From Candidatus Rokuibacteriota bacterium (lineage in GTDB: Bacteria > Methylomirabilota > Methylomirabilia > Rokubacteriales > CSP1-6), in NCBI GenBank assembly GCA_016193045.1, contig JACPSW010000059.1, positions 49,383 to 113,382 on the forward strand: a stretch of DNA of 64,000 bases, in the 5' to 3' direction. Each line of letters begins with the position of its first letter. Positions within the stretch are counted from its first letter, which is position 1. Position numbers and translations under genes: made by a program. Below, piece after piece: positions 10,256 through 20,336 of the stretch. The notes under the pieces are model-generated. The model ran no database searches. It was given only the letters and a program-made list of their open reading frames with translations, and was not told the origin of the DNA.

Positions 10256-11222
10256 CGGCGACCCCCGGGTCCAGCGACGCCGCGCGGGCCTGCGGAAGAC
10301 CGACGCCCAGGAGGTCGCCGAGGTGCTGCGGCGGGCCGGCCACAAGACGTTCTTCGTCGTCGTGGACGGGGCGCCGAAGTGTCTGAAGCGGCTGGCCAGC
10401 GTGGACGCCGACCTCGTCTTCAACCTGGTCGAGGGCTTCGGTGACGACAACACGAAGGAGCCCCACGTCGCCGCCTATTACGACCTCCTCGGCCTCAGGT
10501 ATACGGGCTCGGGGATGCGCGGCCTCTCGCTCGCCATGGACAAAGCGCTGGCCAAGAAGGTCCTCACCTTTCACCGCGTCCGGACGCCGAAGTTCGCGAC
10601 GGTCTTCCGCGGCCGCCTGGACTGGGCGCACGATATCGAGTTCCCGGTGATCGTCAAGCCCGTCCGCGAGGACGGCTCCATCGGCATCGGCTTCAGCGCG
10701 CTGGCCGGCAGCATCAAGGAGCTGATGGAGCGCATCGACGAGCTCCACGCGGACTTCAACCACCCCGTGCTGATCGAGCAGTACATCGACGGGCGCGAGA
10801 TCTACGTCGGGGTGATCGGCAACGCGCGGGCGGAGGCGTTTCCCCCGGTGGAGCTCGACCTCTCCCACCTGCCCAAGGGCAAGCCCCGGATCGCCAGCGT
10901 GGAGGTGAAGTGGGAGGAGGGCACACGCGCCTACCGCAGCGCCAAGCTGCGGATTCCCGATGACCTGCCGCGCGAGGTCCTGGAGGCGATCCAGCACGCC
11001 GCGCTTACGAGCTTCCAGGCCCTGCAGCTCCGCGACTACGCCCGCTTCGACTTCCGAATCACCCCGGACGGGAAGGTCTTCCTGATCGAGGCGAACCCGA
11101 ACCCCTACCTCTATTCAGGGGCCGAGTTCATCCGGGGCGCCCGCGCCTCCGGCCGGACCCACCCGGAGACCATTCTCGACATTCTGGAGCTGGCCCAGGA
11201 GCGCTACCGCTCCCGCGGCTAG
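10218..11222 (+). CDS. ATP-grasp ligase of the D-alanine-D-alanine ligase family.
   Basis: 334 aa. The fold matches Ddl-type ATP-grasp enzymes (VIVKPVREDGSIGI, EIYVGVIG, FLIEANPNP). It is translationally coupled to the upstream metallopeptidase gene. Confidence 0.8.
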   Translation: MARLRIAIAHSPDGDPRVQRRRAGLRKTDAQEVAEVLRRAGHKTFFVVVDGAPKCLKRLASVDADLVFNLVEGFGDDNTKEPHVAAYYDLLGLRYTGSGMRGLSLAMDKALAKKVLTFHRVRTPKFATVFRGRLDWAHDIEFPVIVKPVREDGSIGIGFSALAGSIKELMERIDELHADFNHPVLIEQYIDGREIYVGVIGNARAEAFPPVELDLSHLPKGKPRIASVEVKWEEGTRAYRSAKLRIPDDLPREVLEAIQHAALTSFQALQLRDYARFDFRITPDGKVFLIEANPNPYLYSGAEFIRGARASGRTHPETILDILELAQERYRSRG

Positions 11223-11304
11223 TCTCAAGGGTCTGGGCTGAGCAGCCGAGTTCGGCACGACCCAGCGGGGATTGGAGTCCCGCATCGCCATTCGGGGGTG
11301 CGGC

Positions 11305-11577
11305 TCAGTGTGAGAAGCCACCACTCGGCTGCGCGAGCTTCTCTCCCTTTTCCCGGAGATACACGAGGCGCGCCCGACCTCGTTCCGAGAGCCGATAGAC
11401 ATGCTTCCCTCGCTTGCCGCGGCGCAGATCAACGACGCGACTGGCCAGGTTTTGGCGCGCGAGACGGAGCAGACCCATTGCCGCCGCTTGATACCGGACG
11501 CCGAATGCACGAGAGACCTCGTCCGAATCCGCCTGGCCCACTTTCGCGAGATATTCGAGGAGCTCGCGCTTCGTCAT
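11305..11577 (-). CDS. Small hypothetical protein, possibly a winged-helix DNA-binding protein.
   Basis: 90 aa, basic. A helix-turn-helix-like segment (SDEVSRAFGVRYQAAAMGLLRLARQNL) is followed by a predicted beta-hairpin wing (GKHVYRLSERGRARL). There is no firm family assignment. It sits at the edge of the AT-rich region. Confidence 0.35.
   Translation of the reverse strand: MTKRELLEYLAKVGQADSDEVSRAFGVRYQAAAMGLLRLARQNLASRVVDLRRGKRGKHVYRLSERGRARLVYLREKGEKLAQPSGGFSH
11312..11353 (+). terminator. Candidate rho-independent terminator for the + strand peptidase/ATP-grasp operon.
   Basis: A hairpin with a 7-bp perfect stem and 18-nt loop (GAGAAGC...GCTTCTC) is followed by TCCCTTTTCC. It lies 90 nt downstream of the ATP-grasp stop and overlaps the 3' end of the convergent small ORF. 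Confidence 0.25.
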
Positions 11578-12053
11578 ATCTCAGGATGCGGGGGATAGAC
11601 CCGCCCAGATCCCGCCTGAGTCATATCAGATTTTCGGGTTGGCGCGCCCGTGAGCAACGAGGCCCCCGAGCCAGCGGGGGCACGACGTTAGGCGGGAAAA
11701 ATGTACTCGCCGACTTGACGCACTTACACACCTTGACGCTCTTGGAGCCTCCAGATCATCGCTAGGTGTTATGATTACTGTGCCCCGTTGGCTCACATTT
11801 TGCTAAGTGTTTCTCCGAATGCTTTTTCGGGGTTTTCACGAAGAGGAACCGAGGGATCGAATCTAACGACAGACAGATAGAAACTACAGAAAGATAAGAG
11901 CTGCGGAGAACCCCTCCCGAGAAGGGCAAACCCGCCGTGAGGCGGGGGCGCAAAGCCACGGATCAGGCGACAGACCTGACAGCCGGGCTGCCGAAGGAAG
12001 GGTATCTCAACCCCCCCGGGACCGTGGTGGTCCTCCGCGCAAGGGGGACCACG

Positions 12054-13883
12054 ATGGTTGGGGGAAGGGGTTCGAGCGCTCACCGCCTCCTCGTCCTTCT
12101 ACTCGGGGGATTACTCGTCGGGGCGTCGCTGGTTCCCCCCGCCCTGGCGGCGCCACTGCCGGGCTTCCCGCTCCAGTCCTCGCAGGCCTCGCCCGTCACC
12201 GGCGCGGTCACGATCTCTGCCCCCTCCATCCTGCCCGAACCGGGCCTGCTGGGCGTCCAGTTCAAGGTCGACGGTTACGTGCTCGACGCGCTCGACGCGA
12301 CGGCGCCCTTCCAGGTCGTGTGGAGTGCCGCCAGTGCAACCAACGGCGACCATACCATCACGGCGGAGGTCCGGTTGACTTCGGGAATCGTCATCGAGTC
12401 GGCCCCGCTCAGTCTGACGGTCGACAACCCGTCGACCTTCAACCGCACGCTTCACGTCGATGCCACTGCCGGCAACGACGGCAACAATGGCCTGACACCC
12501 GACACGGCGTGGCGGACCCTCGACCGGGCCAACAACGCGGTGGTCGCGGGCGACACCGTGCTGCTATGGGGCACCTTCACTGGTCAGTACATTCGTCCCG
12601 CGATCTCAGGAACCCCCGCCACGCCGATCACCTTCAGGAGCGCTCCCGGACAGACCGCCGTGCTCGACGGTGGTCTCTCGGGCGTCGCGGCGCGGCTCAC
12701 CGCCCGCAGCTACATCGTGGTGGAGCAGCTCCGCATCCAGAACGTTCCCGGCCAGGCCGTCGTGCTGGAAGCCGGCGCCCATCACAACGTCCTGCGTGAC
12801 TTGCTTATCACAGATATTATCAACGGCACGGCGTGGGTCAGCGCCATCCGGATCACTCAGTCCAGCGACAACCTCATCGAGCGCAACACGATCACCAACA
12901 TCGGCAACGCGACGGCCGACCAGGGCGACAGCATGTGGATCGACAACGGATCGAGCCGCAACCGCATCCTCAGCAACACGATGCGGAACGGCAGCCATAG
13001 CCTCATCCTGATCGGCGGCGATTCGCCCGGTGACGCCGAGGTGGGCGACAACGTGGTGGCGGGGAACACGCTCTCGAACCCATGGGGGTCCCATATTGGT
13101 CTCTTGCATATGGCCCGACGAACGCTTATCGAGGGGAACCGCTTGTCCGACGCGAACGTGAACGGGACGAACCGCACGTCCGCCACCATTCAGGTGGTGT
13201 CACGCGATCACATCATCCGCTACAACGAGTTTGTCAACAACGGGGCAATCAATGCGGCTCCGGGTGCGGGCGGAACTCCGGGCATCTCGCTCTTGGCGTA
13301 CACCTATACGGCCGGGGTCGAGCAGGACGCGATCGGCAATCGGATATACCATAACGTCTTCTACGGCAACGGGACCTATGGGCTCTGGATGTCGGAGAAG
13401 GGCGGCCGCCGTGTCACCAACAACGTGATCGAGAACAACATCTTCTTCCGGAATGCCGGGTTCCCCCTCGGCAGCCAGACCTACACGATCGGGATTGAGC
13501 ACTACAGCAACCCGACGGCTTGGCCGGTCGGCAGCCTGAATGGCAACCGCATCCAGAACAACATCCTCCTGCGGCAGCCGGGGTCGGCGGGCGAGCCGAT
13601 GGTGCTGCGGATCCGCAACGCCAGCCAGGGCGGCAACCTGACCTACACGCTCTCGGCCTTCCAGCAGACCTACACGGAAGCGGCCAACAATCTGGAGGCC
13701 GACCCCCTGTTCACCGACGCGGTCAGTGGTGTGTTCACACTGCGAGCCGGTAGCCCCGCGGTCGATGCCGGCCTGATCATTCCCGGGATCGCCTACCTCG
13801 GGGCAGCGCCGGATCTGGGAGCCTACGAGTACGGGGCAGGCGGGCCGACACCCGCGGCCCCTTCAGGGTTAAGCCTCCGGTAA
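12054..13883 (+). CDS. Secreted right-handed parallel beta-helix protein (pectate-lyase fold) with an N-terminal Ig-like domain; paralog 1 of 3.
   Basis: Start chosen at the ATG at 12054 (MVGGRGSSAHRLLVLLLGGLLVGASLVPPALAA, a signal peptide; AAGGGGGA ribosome-binding site). An Ig-like domain is followed by the NRTLHVDATAGNDGNNGLTPDTAWRTLDRAN motif and repeated NxxxN/GxN beta-helix coils. It is paralogous to 55783..57633 and 57646..60018. Confidence 0.8.
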   Translation: MVGGRGSSAHRLLVLLLGGLLVGASLVPPALAAPLPGFPLQSSQASPVTGAVTISAPSILPEPGLLGVQFKVDGYVLDALDATAPFQVVWSAASATNGDHTITAEVRLTSGIVIESAPLSLTVDNPSTFNRTLHVDATAGNDGNNGLTPDTAWRTLDRANNAVVAGDTVLLWGTFTGQYIRPAISGTPATPITFRSAPGQTAVLDGGLSGVAARLTARSYIVVEQLRIQNVPGQAVVLEAGAHHNVLRDLLITDIINGTAWVSAIRITQSSDNLIERNTITNIGNATADQGDSMWIDNGSSRNRILSNTMRNGSHSLILIGGDSPGDAEVGDNVVAGNTLSNPWGSHIGLLHMARRTLIEGNRLSDANVNGTNRTSATIQVVSRDHIIRYNEFVNNGAINAAPGAGGTPGISLLAYTYTAGVEQDAIGNRIYHNVFYGNGTYGLWMSEKGGRRVTNNVIENNIFFRNAGFPLGSQTYTIGIEHYSNPTAWPVGSLNGNRIQNNILLRQPGSAGEPMVLRIRNASQGGNLTYTLSAFQQTYTEAANNLEADPLFTDAVSGVFTLRAGSPAVDAGLIIPGIAYLGAAPDLGAYEYGAGGPTPAAPSGLSLR

Positions 13884-13903
13884 ATCGGACCGGAGAGCTG
13901 GAG

Positions 13904-14614
13904 TCAGGTCCTCTTTCCCCCGCCCGAGCGAAGATCTAACGCTTTCCGTGCGCGTTCCCGGCAATCGCCAACGACCATTGGCATGGCGATTGCTGCACAC
14001 TCCCGAAACGCCAGCGGACGGCTTTCGACCCGGATCTGCCCTTTTCGGATGGCTGTGAGGACCGATGCGACCGTCAGATCTCCCTCGATAAGGGAGTAGG
14101 TTGTCCCGAGCTGCCGGACAGAATGGCTGTCCGAGGTGCCTATCAGCGGAAGACCGGCTTCCTTGGCCAGCCGGACCGCGGGCCGGTTGAAGTTGATTCG
14201 CCGGGTGTAGAAATGGCTGAACTCGATCGCATCGAAGAGATCGATTTCGTCGACGAGCCGCTTCCGCAGGGCGTACGAGGCGGGAAAGAACGGGTGGGGC
14301 GCCACCACGAGCCACTCCGGGCGGCGAAGCCGCCGCAGGTCGGCGAAGGTCCGGACCCGCTCCGGCGGCACGTCGAGGTTATAGAGGAGGACGTGCTTGC
14401 CTTCGATCGTCGCTTCGACCCCCGCTATCAGGAGAATTCCGCGCTCCCGCGCATAACCCTTGAGGTCCCCGCCGAAGGTGACGATGTTGTGATTGGTGAT
14501 GCTGAGCACATGAAAGCCGGACGCCGCCGCCCGGTCGATGAGATCCGGCGCATCGTAGGTGATGAACGCATCCCGCTCCCGCGTGTGGAGATGCAGATCA
14601 GCCTTGAGCTCCAT
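13904..14614 (-). CDS. PHP-domain metal-dependent phosphoesterase (CpsB/YwqE-like family).
   Basis: Carries the N-terminal DLHLHT His motif, plus ITNH and GTSDSH motifs typical of the PHP family. It is the last gene of the long minus-strand locus. Confidence 0.7.
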   Translation of the reverse strand: MELKADLHLHTRERDAFITYDAPDLIDRAAASGFHVLSITNHNIVTFGGDLKGYARERGILLIAGVEATIEGKHVLLYNLDVPPERVRTFADLRRLRRPEWLVVAPHPFFPASYALRKRLVDEIDLFDAIEFSHFYTRRINFNRPAVRLAKEAGLPLIGTSDSHSVRQLGTTYSLIEGDLTVASVLTAIRKGQIRVESRPLAFRECAAIAMPMVVGDCRERARKALDLRSGGGKRT

Positions 14615-15608
14615 ATCCGCTCCTCGTTGCTTCCCTATCCACCGAGTTGAACAGCATGTTCGTAACGCTGCCTCTTATGCCTCCGGCCTTCTGACGGAAC
14701 CACTCGATAGTCCGGCACAGTCCCTCGTCCAGATCGACCGTGGGTTCCCAGCCAAGCAGGGTCCGCGCTCGTGTGATGTCGGGTTGGCGCACCTTCGGAT
14801 CGTCAATGGGGAGCGGTTTGAGGATGATGGAACTCGACGAGTCGCTGAGGGCGAGGATCTTCTTTGCCAGTTCGAGAAGGGTCTTCTCCTCAGGATTCCC
14901 CAGGTTCACGGGTTCGGTGACCGCTGACTGCATGAGCTGCCAGACCCCCGCGACCAGATCGTCAAAGAAGCAGAAGCTCCGTGTTTGAGAGCCATCGCCG
15001 TACACTGTGAGGGGGTCACCGCGGAGCGCCTGGGTGATAAACGTCGGGATGGCCCGGCCGTCGTGAAGCCTCATGCGGGGTCCGTAGGTATTGAAGATCC
15101 GAGCGATCCGGGTATCCAGTCCGTGGAACCGATGGTAGGCCATCGTCATGGCTTCAGCGAAGCGCTTGGCTTCGTCATAGACCCCACGCGGCCCCACGGG
15201 GTTGACGTTCCCCCAGTACTCCTCCCGCTGGGGGTGGACGAGTGGATCGCCGTAGACCTCCGATGTCGAAGCCAGGAGGAACTTGGCTCCCTTCTCCTTG
15301 GCGAGCCCGAGGGCCTTATGGGTGCCGGGCGCCCCCACCTTGAGCGTCTGGATTGGGTGCTGCTGATAGTCGATGGGAGAGGCGGGGCTGGCGAAATGGA
15401 GGACGTAGTCCAGCCGCCCGGCCACGTAGATGTAGTTGGTGACATCGTGCTTGACGAAGGTGAACCGGTGGTCGCGAATGTGAGCGATGTTGTCAATGGT
15501 TCCCGTGAGGAGGTTATCCATGCAGACCACCTCTCCCCCCAGGGCGAGGAGAAACTCGCAGAGGTGGGAGCCGATGAAGCCAGCCCCTCCCGTGATCAGC
15601 ACGCGCAT
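14598..15608 (-). CDS. UDP-glucuronate decarboxylase (UDP-xylose synthase, an extended SDR).
   Basis: Contains [16 protein letters not shown] and the YDEAKR catalytic YxxxK motif. The conservation pattern matches the UXS family. Confidence 0.85.
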   Translation of the reverse strand: MRVLITGGAGFIGSHLCEFLLALGGEVVCMDNLLTGTIDNIAHIRDHRFTFVKHDVTNYIYVAGRLDYVLHFASPASPIDYQQHPIQTLKVGAPGTHKALGLAKEKGAKFLLASTSEVYGDPLVHPQREEYWGNVNPVGPRGVYDEAKRFAEAMTMAYHRFHGLDTRIARIFNTYGPRMRLHDGRAIPTFITQALRGDPLTVYGDGSQTRSFCFFDDLVAGVWQLMQSAVTEPVNLGNPEEKTLLELAKKILALSDSSSSIILKPLPIDDPKVRQPDITRARTLLGWEPTVDLDEGLCRTIEWFRQKAGGIRGSVTNMLFNSVDREATRSGYGAQG

Positions 15609-15615
15609 GGATGAC

Positions 15616-16926
15616 CTATCCAGGGATCACGGGCTTGCGCCCGATGGAGTGATACTCGAAGCCGAGACGCCGCATCCGCTCCGGCTCGTAGAGGTTTCGG
15701 CCGTCGAAGATCACGGGACGGCGCATGAACGATCGGACGCGCTCCAGGTTGAGAAATTTGAATTCATTCCACTCGGTGGTTAGGATGAGGGCGTCTGCCC
15801 CCTCGGCTGCCTCGTACGCCGACATGCAGTAACGGAGGCCCGGAGGAAGGAGGGGCTTGGCGTTCTCAGTCGCCACCGGATCGTAGGCCCTCAGTTCGGC
15901 CCCGTCATCGTGGAGGAGTCGGATCACCTCCGCACTCTTGGCTTGCCGCGTGTCGTCGGTGTTAGGCTTGAAGGCCAACCCCAGCACGCCGATCACCTTC
16001 CCTTCCACCGGCCCCAGCACCTTATGAACCTTCTCGACGAGGACGGCGGCGCGCTCCCGGTTGATCTCCTCAACAGCCTTGAGGAGCTTGAAATCGTAGC
16101 CCAGGGCCGCGGCGGTCTGGATCAAGGAGTCGGTATCCTTTGGAAGGCAGGCGCCCCCGTACCCGAGCCCAGCCTGGAGGAACGTCGTGCCGATCCGCGG
16201 ATCAAGCCCTACGCCCTTGATCACCTGCCCCACGTCGGCGCCGGCCAAGTCACAAATGTTCGCGATGGCGTTGATGAACGAGATCTTGGTAGCGAGAAAT
16301 GCGTTGGAGGCGTACTTGATCATCTCCGCGGAGGGCACATCCGTGATGATCATGGGACGCCCGAGCTGGGCGTAGAGCTCGAGGAGCGTCATGGCGACCT
16401 GCTGAGTCGGCGCCCCGATGACGATCCGGTCGGGGCGGAGAGTGTCCTCGATCGCGGAGCCCTCGCGGAGGAACTCGGGGTTCGAGACGACGTCGAACTC
16501 CACCGGCTTCGGTTGATTGGTCAGGATGATCTCCCGCACCAGCTCACCGGTTCCCACCGGCACCGTGGACTTGTTGACGATGACCTTGTAGCGGTTCAGG
16601 GCCCGCGCGATCCCGCGGGCGACCTCTTCGACCGCCGAGAGGTCCGTCTCCCCGTTAGCCTTGGCCGGCGTGCCGACCGCGATGAAGATGATCTCCGATT
16701 TCCTGACGCCCTCGGCGAGACCGGTCGTGAAGCTGAGGCGGCCGTCGGCGACGTTGCGCGCCACCATCTCCTCCAGCCCGGGCTCGTAGATCGGCATACG
16801 GCCCTGCTTGAGGCCTTCGATCTTCTCGCGCACCTTGTCCACGCAGATGACGTCGTTGCCCAGATCGGCGAAGACCGCTCCGGTCACCAGCCCCACGTAT
16901 CCCGTCCCGACCACGCAGATGTTCAT
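15616..16926 (-). CDS. ugd: UDP-glucose 6-dehydrogenase.
   Basis: Carries the [16 protein letters not shown] Rossmann motif and a central catalytic Cys region (GGACLPKD). At 436 aa it is typical of bacterial Ugd. Confidence 0.85.
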   Translation of the reverse strand: MNICVVGTGYVGLVTGAVFADLGNDVICVDKVREKIEGLKQGRMPIYEPGLEEMVARNVADGRLSFTTGLAEGVRKSEIIFIAVGTPAKANGETDLSAVEEVARGIARALNRYKVIVNKSTVPVGTGELVREIILTNQPKPVEFDVVSNPEFLREGSAIEDTLRPDRIVIGAPTQQVAMTLLELYAQLGRPMIITDVPSAEMIKYASNAFLATKISFINAIANICDLAGADVGQVIKGVGLDPRIGTTFLQAGLGYGGACLPKDTDSLIQTAAALGYDFKLLKAVEEINRERAAVLVEKVHKVLGPVEGKVIGVLGLAFKPNTDDTRQAKSAEVIRLLHDDGAELRAYDPVATENAKPLLPPGLRYCMSAYEAAEGADALILTTEWNEFKFLNLERVRSFMRRPVIFDGRNLYEPERMRRLGFEYHSIGRKPVIPG

Positions 16927-16986
16927 CCTACCCTTCTCTCATCGGACGACCGGAATCCCACTAATTGTCATGCGCCACCCCAATGC

Positions 16987-19179
16987 CTAGTGCGGCTCGC
17001 CTTCGACCCCGACGTGGTCGCCTGGTCGCGCTGTGGCGGACGCATGCGCCTCCTCGCGACGATCGAGGATCCCAGGGGTATTGGCGAGATCCCGTCCCAT
17101 CTCGGGCTGACCACCGAGGTACTGCGCCGGGACCCGCCATGCGAGCAGCTGTTTACGCAGGGCGGCGCCCGTCTTTACGCGCGGTCGCCAGCCGAGTTCC
17201 TCGCGCGCCTTGCGGCAGTCGAACACCAGCCGCGCGTACGCAGAGCGCAGGCGGTAGGGAGAGATGGAGGCGGGACGCCCCAGCAGATTCAAGAGCCACT
17301 CAATCCCCCTTGCCAGGAAGCACGCCAGGCCCATCGGCACGTGGATGATCCTCAGGTGCGGTTCGCGCCCCTGAGCGTACAGCGAGGCCAGTTCCTCACG
17401 CGTGAGCGAGCCGTCGCCGACACATTGATAGATGCGACCATCGGTGAACGGGCTCCGCGCGGCCTTCACCATCGCTTCCACCGCGTCGTCCACGTGGATG
17501 AGCGGCAACCGGATCGATCGGTCGCCGATGAGGATCAGCCGTCTGCCGGCGCGCATGCCGACCGCAGCAGTGATCAGCGGGCTGCTCTCGCTCCACATCT
17601 GTCCGAGACGCAGGATCAGCGCGGGCACACTGCGCTCCTGCGCCGCAGCGCGCACGATCCGTTCCGCTTCGAGCTTCGCCCGCGTGTAGTAGCCGCGCTG
17701 CTGAGGGAAAGGTTCGAGCGGTGAATTCTCGGTGACCGGCCTCTCGGCGGGATGCCCCGCCCAGTCAGTCACCGAGAGGGAACTGATATGGATGAGCTTC
17801 CCCACGCGGTGCTTGTGGCAGGCCTCGACGATGTTCCGTGTGCCGGTGATCGTGGCCGCTTCATGCGCCTCCCAACCACCGCCCATCGCCGCGCCGATGT
17901 GGAAGACCGTGGTGGCGTTGGCGAGAGCGCGGTCCACCGCCTCTGGATCGCCCAGGTCGCCGAGCGTGACTTCGACCTGCGGGTGATGGAGGATTTCGGG
18001 CGGTGGCAACCGGCGCACGAAGAGCCGCATGAACTCCCCCTCGTCGATGAGTCGGTTCACGAAAGCGCGGCCGAGATGTCCGTTCGCCCCCGTCACGACG
18101 ACAGCCGGGCGATCGCTCGGCCGATACTGGCTGACAAACTTCGCTTTCGCGTGATCCGCCTCGCGGGCGGCCTGTTCGGTCCAACGCACGATGGCGCGCG
18201 CTTGCTCGACGCCAGCCGGCATCGGTCCGCCCGTGGCGAGCGCGTCGTAGAAGTTACGGACGAAATTGTGGAGGCCCTGATAGGGCTGAATCGAGCCCGC
18301 CATGAACCGCACAGCGTTGGAGCTGACTTGCGCGGCGATCGAACCCGCCTCGCCGATGGCGTTGACGACGCGCTCAACCGCCTTCGGCAGCGGCGTGTGG
18401 AAGCGACGGGTGAGGAACATCGAGAACAAATCCGCGCGCAGCGTCCCGCGCGTTCCCTGGATGATGAGTTGGTGCTGCAACGGCTTGATGCTCCATGAAA
18501 GATGGATGCCTCCGGCACCCCGCGCGCATCGGACAAGGGCGCGCCACTCGTCGAAATGGAGGTTGGGGTCGCGGGACCTCGCCCCTGACGTTCTGAAATC
18601 TATCCGTAGATCCTGAATGTCGCCGAGGAACTCCTGAAGAAGATACAGCGCGTGCACGCCGAGATCCCGGAATGGAAAGCCTCCGTCCCGGCACGGCGGC
18701 GGCAACGGCCCGCCGCGATGGGGCGGGTAGTTGGAGCTGCGGAGGTACTCGACGGCGATGATCTCGCCAATAGCGCCGCTGCGCACAAGGTGGAGCGCCT
18801 TCGCCACAAACGGGTCGCCGAGGAGTGAGTGGCTGACGCACAGGTTCACACCTCGCGACGTCGCTTCTCCGGCGAGCCGGTCGCAATCGTCGACGCTCGT
18901 CGCCAGCGGTTTCTCCACGAGGACGTGGCAGCCGAGGGCAAGGGCTTCAAGCGCGACGATGGCGTGACTGTCCGGCGGCGTGAGAACATGGACGACGTCC
19001 AGACCTTCCGCGGCCATAACGGCGAGGGATCGGAAGGACGGGAGGCCCGTGGCTTGAGCCCGGGCCGGGTCGAGGTCCGTAACGCCGACGATGCGCACAT
19101 GGGGGAGCCGCTTCAGCGCCTTGATATGAAACTCGCTGACGTACCCTGCGCCGACCAATCCGACGCGGAAGGTCTTCAT
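16987..19179 (-). CDS. Bifunctional fusion of a Gfo/Idh/MocA-family oxidoreductase (N-terminal) and an NAD-dependent epimerase/dehydratase SDR (C-terminal).
   Basis: 730 aa. The N-terminal domain has VGLVGAGYVSEFHIKAL...EKPLA. The C-terminal domain has VVVTGANGHLGRAFVNRL...YYTRAKLEAE (YxxxK). The two domains are joined in a single ORF with no internal stop. Confidence 0.8.
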   Translation of the reverse strand: MKTFRVGLVGAGYVSEFHIKALKRLPHVRIVGVTDLDPARAQATGLPSFRSLAVMAAEGLDVVHVLTPPDSHAIVALEALALGCHVLVEKPLATSVDDCDRLAGEATSRGVNLCVSHSLLGDPFVAKALHLVRSGAIGEIIAVEYLRSSNYPPHRGGPLPPPCRDGGFPFRDLGVHALYLLQEFLGDIQDLRIDFRTSGARSRDPNLHFDEWRALVRCARGAGGIHLSWSIKPLQHQLIIQGTRGTLRADLFSMFLTRRFHTPLPKAVERVVNAIGEAGSIAAQVSSNAVRFMAGSIQPYQGLHNFVRNFYDALATGGPMPAGVEQARAIVRWTEQAAREADHAKAKFVSQYRPSDRPAVVVTGANGHLGRAFVNRLIDEGEFMRLFVRRLPPPEILHHPQVEVTLGDLGDPEAVDRALANATTVFHIGAAMGGGWEAHEAATITGTRNIVEACHKHRVGKLIHISSLSVTDWAGHPAERPVTENSPLEPFPQQRGYYTRAKLEAERIVRAAAQERSVPALILRLGQMWSESSPLITAAVGMRAGRRLILIGDRSIRLPLIHVDDAVEAMVKAARSPFTDGRIYQCVGDGSLTREELASLYAQGREPHLRIIHVPMGLACFLARGIEWLLNLLGRPASISPYRLRSAYARLVFDCRKAREELGWRPRVKTGAALRKQLLAWRVPAQYLGGQPEMGRDLANTPGILDRREEAHASATARPGDHVGVEGEPH

Positions 19180-20336
19180 TGCGAACGGGCGCCTTTGGCC
19201 TGACCGACGCGCTCACAGACGTGCTTCATCTTCGCCTCCCACGTCTCGTCGCGCATGGCGTCACTACGTTGATGGCGCTTCGCAGGGGTGTCGTCGCGCA
19301 ATGCGTGTTCGAGGCTGGCGATGAACTCGTCGTGCCCGTGCGCAACAGAGCAGATGTCGCTGTAATACTTCACTTCCGGCAGGTCTGTCGAGACGACTGG
19401 CAGGCCGGCGCTGAGGTACTCGCGAAGCTTGATCGGATTGACGGCGCGCGAAAGGTCGCTCACGACGAACGGGATGATCCCGACGTCGAAGCCTTTGCAG
19501 TACGCAGGGAGCGTGTCGTAAGGCCGTCGGCCCAGGATGCGGATGTTGGGTAGCTCCCGCACACCGTCCAACGACACGCACACTTCTCCAATGAGGACGA
19601 CTGACCATTCGGGGTGGGTGCGTCCAACCTCCGCAATGAGCTTCAGATCGATCCAGTCGTGGATGAGACCGAAGAACCCGATGACGGGGTGCGGCAGGTG
19701 CCCGATGTCCTCGGGGACGTTCGTCTCCGGGGCGAGCGCCTTCGCGAAATGCTGGTAGTCCACGCCGTGCGACGACAGAAAGGTGTTCGGGTTATATTCC
19801 CTCTTCGACGTGACGAGCGTGTGCGCCGTCGCCAGGCATATGTCGGCTTTCCTCAGCAGGTCGCGCTCCATTGCGGCCATCTTCTCTCCGTCGAGGTACG
19901 AGAAGGCGGACCACTCATCGATGCAGTAGTACACGACGAGCGATTCGTCGAGCTGCCCGACCATGTCCGCGACGTTCGGCAGGAAGGTCCACATCTGGGG
20001 GCGGGCCATGCCGAGCTTGCGCGCCTGGCGCTGGAGGAACCAGCGCAGGAGCCTGCGGTTGACGATCCTCGCGAGGCTGGAGTAGGGCAGCGGGATGACC
20101 ATGGGCTGATACACCCAGGCCCGCGGGCCGACCTGTCGGAGGCCGCCGAGGCACATGCGCAACTTCCGGAGAATCTTCTTCAGGTCGCGGGCTGAAGCGA
20201 GGCTCGGGCTGCGCATCGAGATGGAGTTGACCCAGAGCACCTTGTTGTCGGCCGCGAGATGCTTGAACACGTGGTCGCAGCTTGTCGGATCTCCACCCCA
20301 TTCCTTCGCAAAGTAGATGATCGATTCGCCTTTCAC
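19176..20336 (-). CDS. Glycosyltransferase, GT1/GT4-like (TuaH-type group 1).
   Basis: 386 aa with a GTG start. The C-terminal domain carries the IGFFGLIHDWIDLKLI...EYLSAGLPVVSTDL nucleotide-sugar-binding pattern of group 1 glycosyltransferases. Confidence 0.7.
   Translation of the reverse strand: MKGESIIYFAKEWGGDPTSCDHVFKHLAADNKVLWVNSISMRSPSLASARDLKKILRKLRMCLGGLRQVGPRAWVYQPMVIPLPYSSLARIVNRRLLRWFLQRQARKLGMARPQMWTFLPNVADMVGQLDESLVVYYCIDEWSAFSYLDGEKMAAMERDLLRKADICLATAHTLVTSKREYNPNTFLSSHGVDYQHFAKALAPETNVPEDIGHLPHPVIGFFGLIHDWIDLKLIAEVGRTHPEWSVVLIGEVCVSLDGVRELPNIRILGRRPYDTLPAYCKGFDVGIIPFVVSDLSRAVNPIKLREYLSAGLPVVSTDLPEVKYYSDICSVAHGHDEFIASLEHALRDDTPAKRHQRSDAMRDETWEAKMKHVCERVGQAKGARSQ

Noticed and set aside
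11298-11765. A 155-aa plus-strand ORF in the AT-rich boundary region.
   Set aside because: It overlaps the more plausible minus-strand small ORF. Its product is low-complexity with no ribosome-binding site or motif. It was treated as spurious.
11580-11940. A possible tRNA or small RNA in the AT-rich spacer.
   Set aside because: No cloverleaf-compatible arrangement of acceptor, D, anticodon and T arms could be found by eye, and there is no GTTC-like T-loop context. A covariance-model scan would be needed to exclude small RNAs.
13884-13903. A weak hairpin (GGACC-15 nt-GGTCC) in the 20-bp convergent junction between the first beta-helix gene and the PHP gene.
   Set aside because: The stem is only 5 bp and there is no U-tract. 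It is too weak to call a bidirectional terminator.
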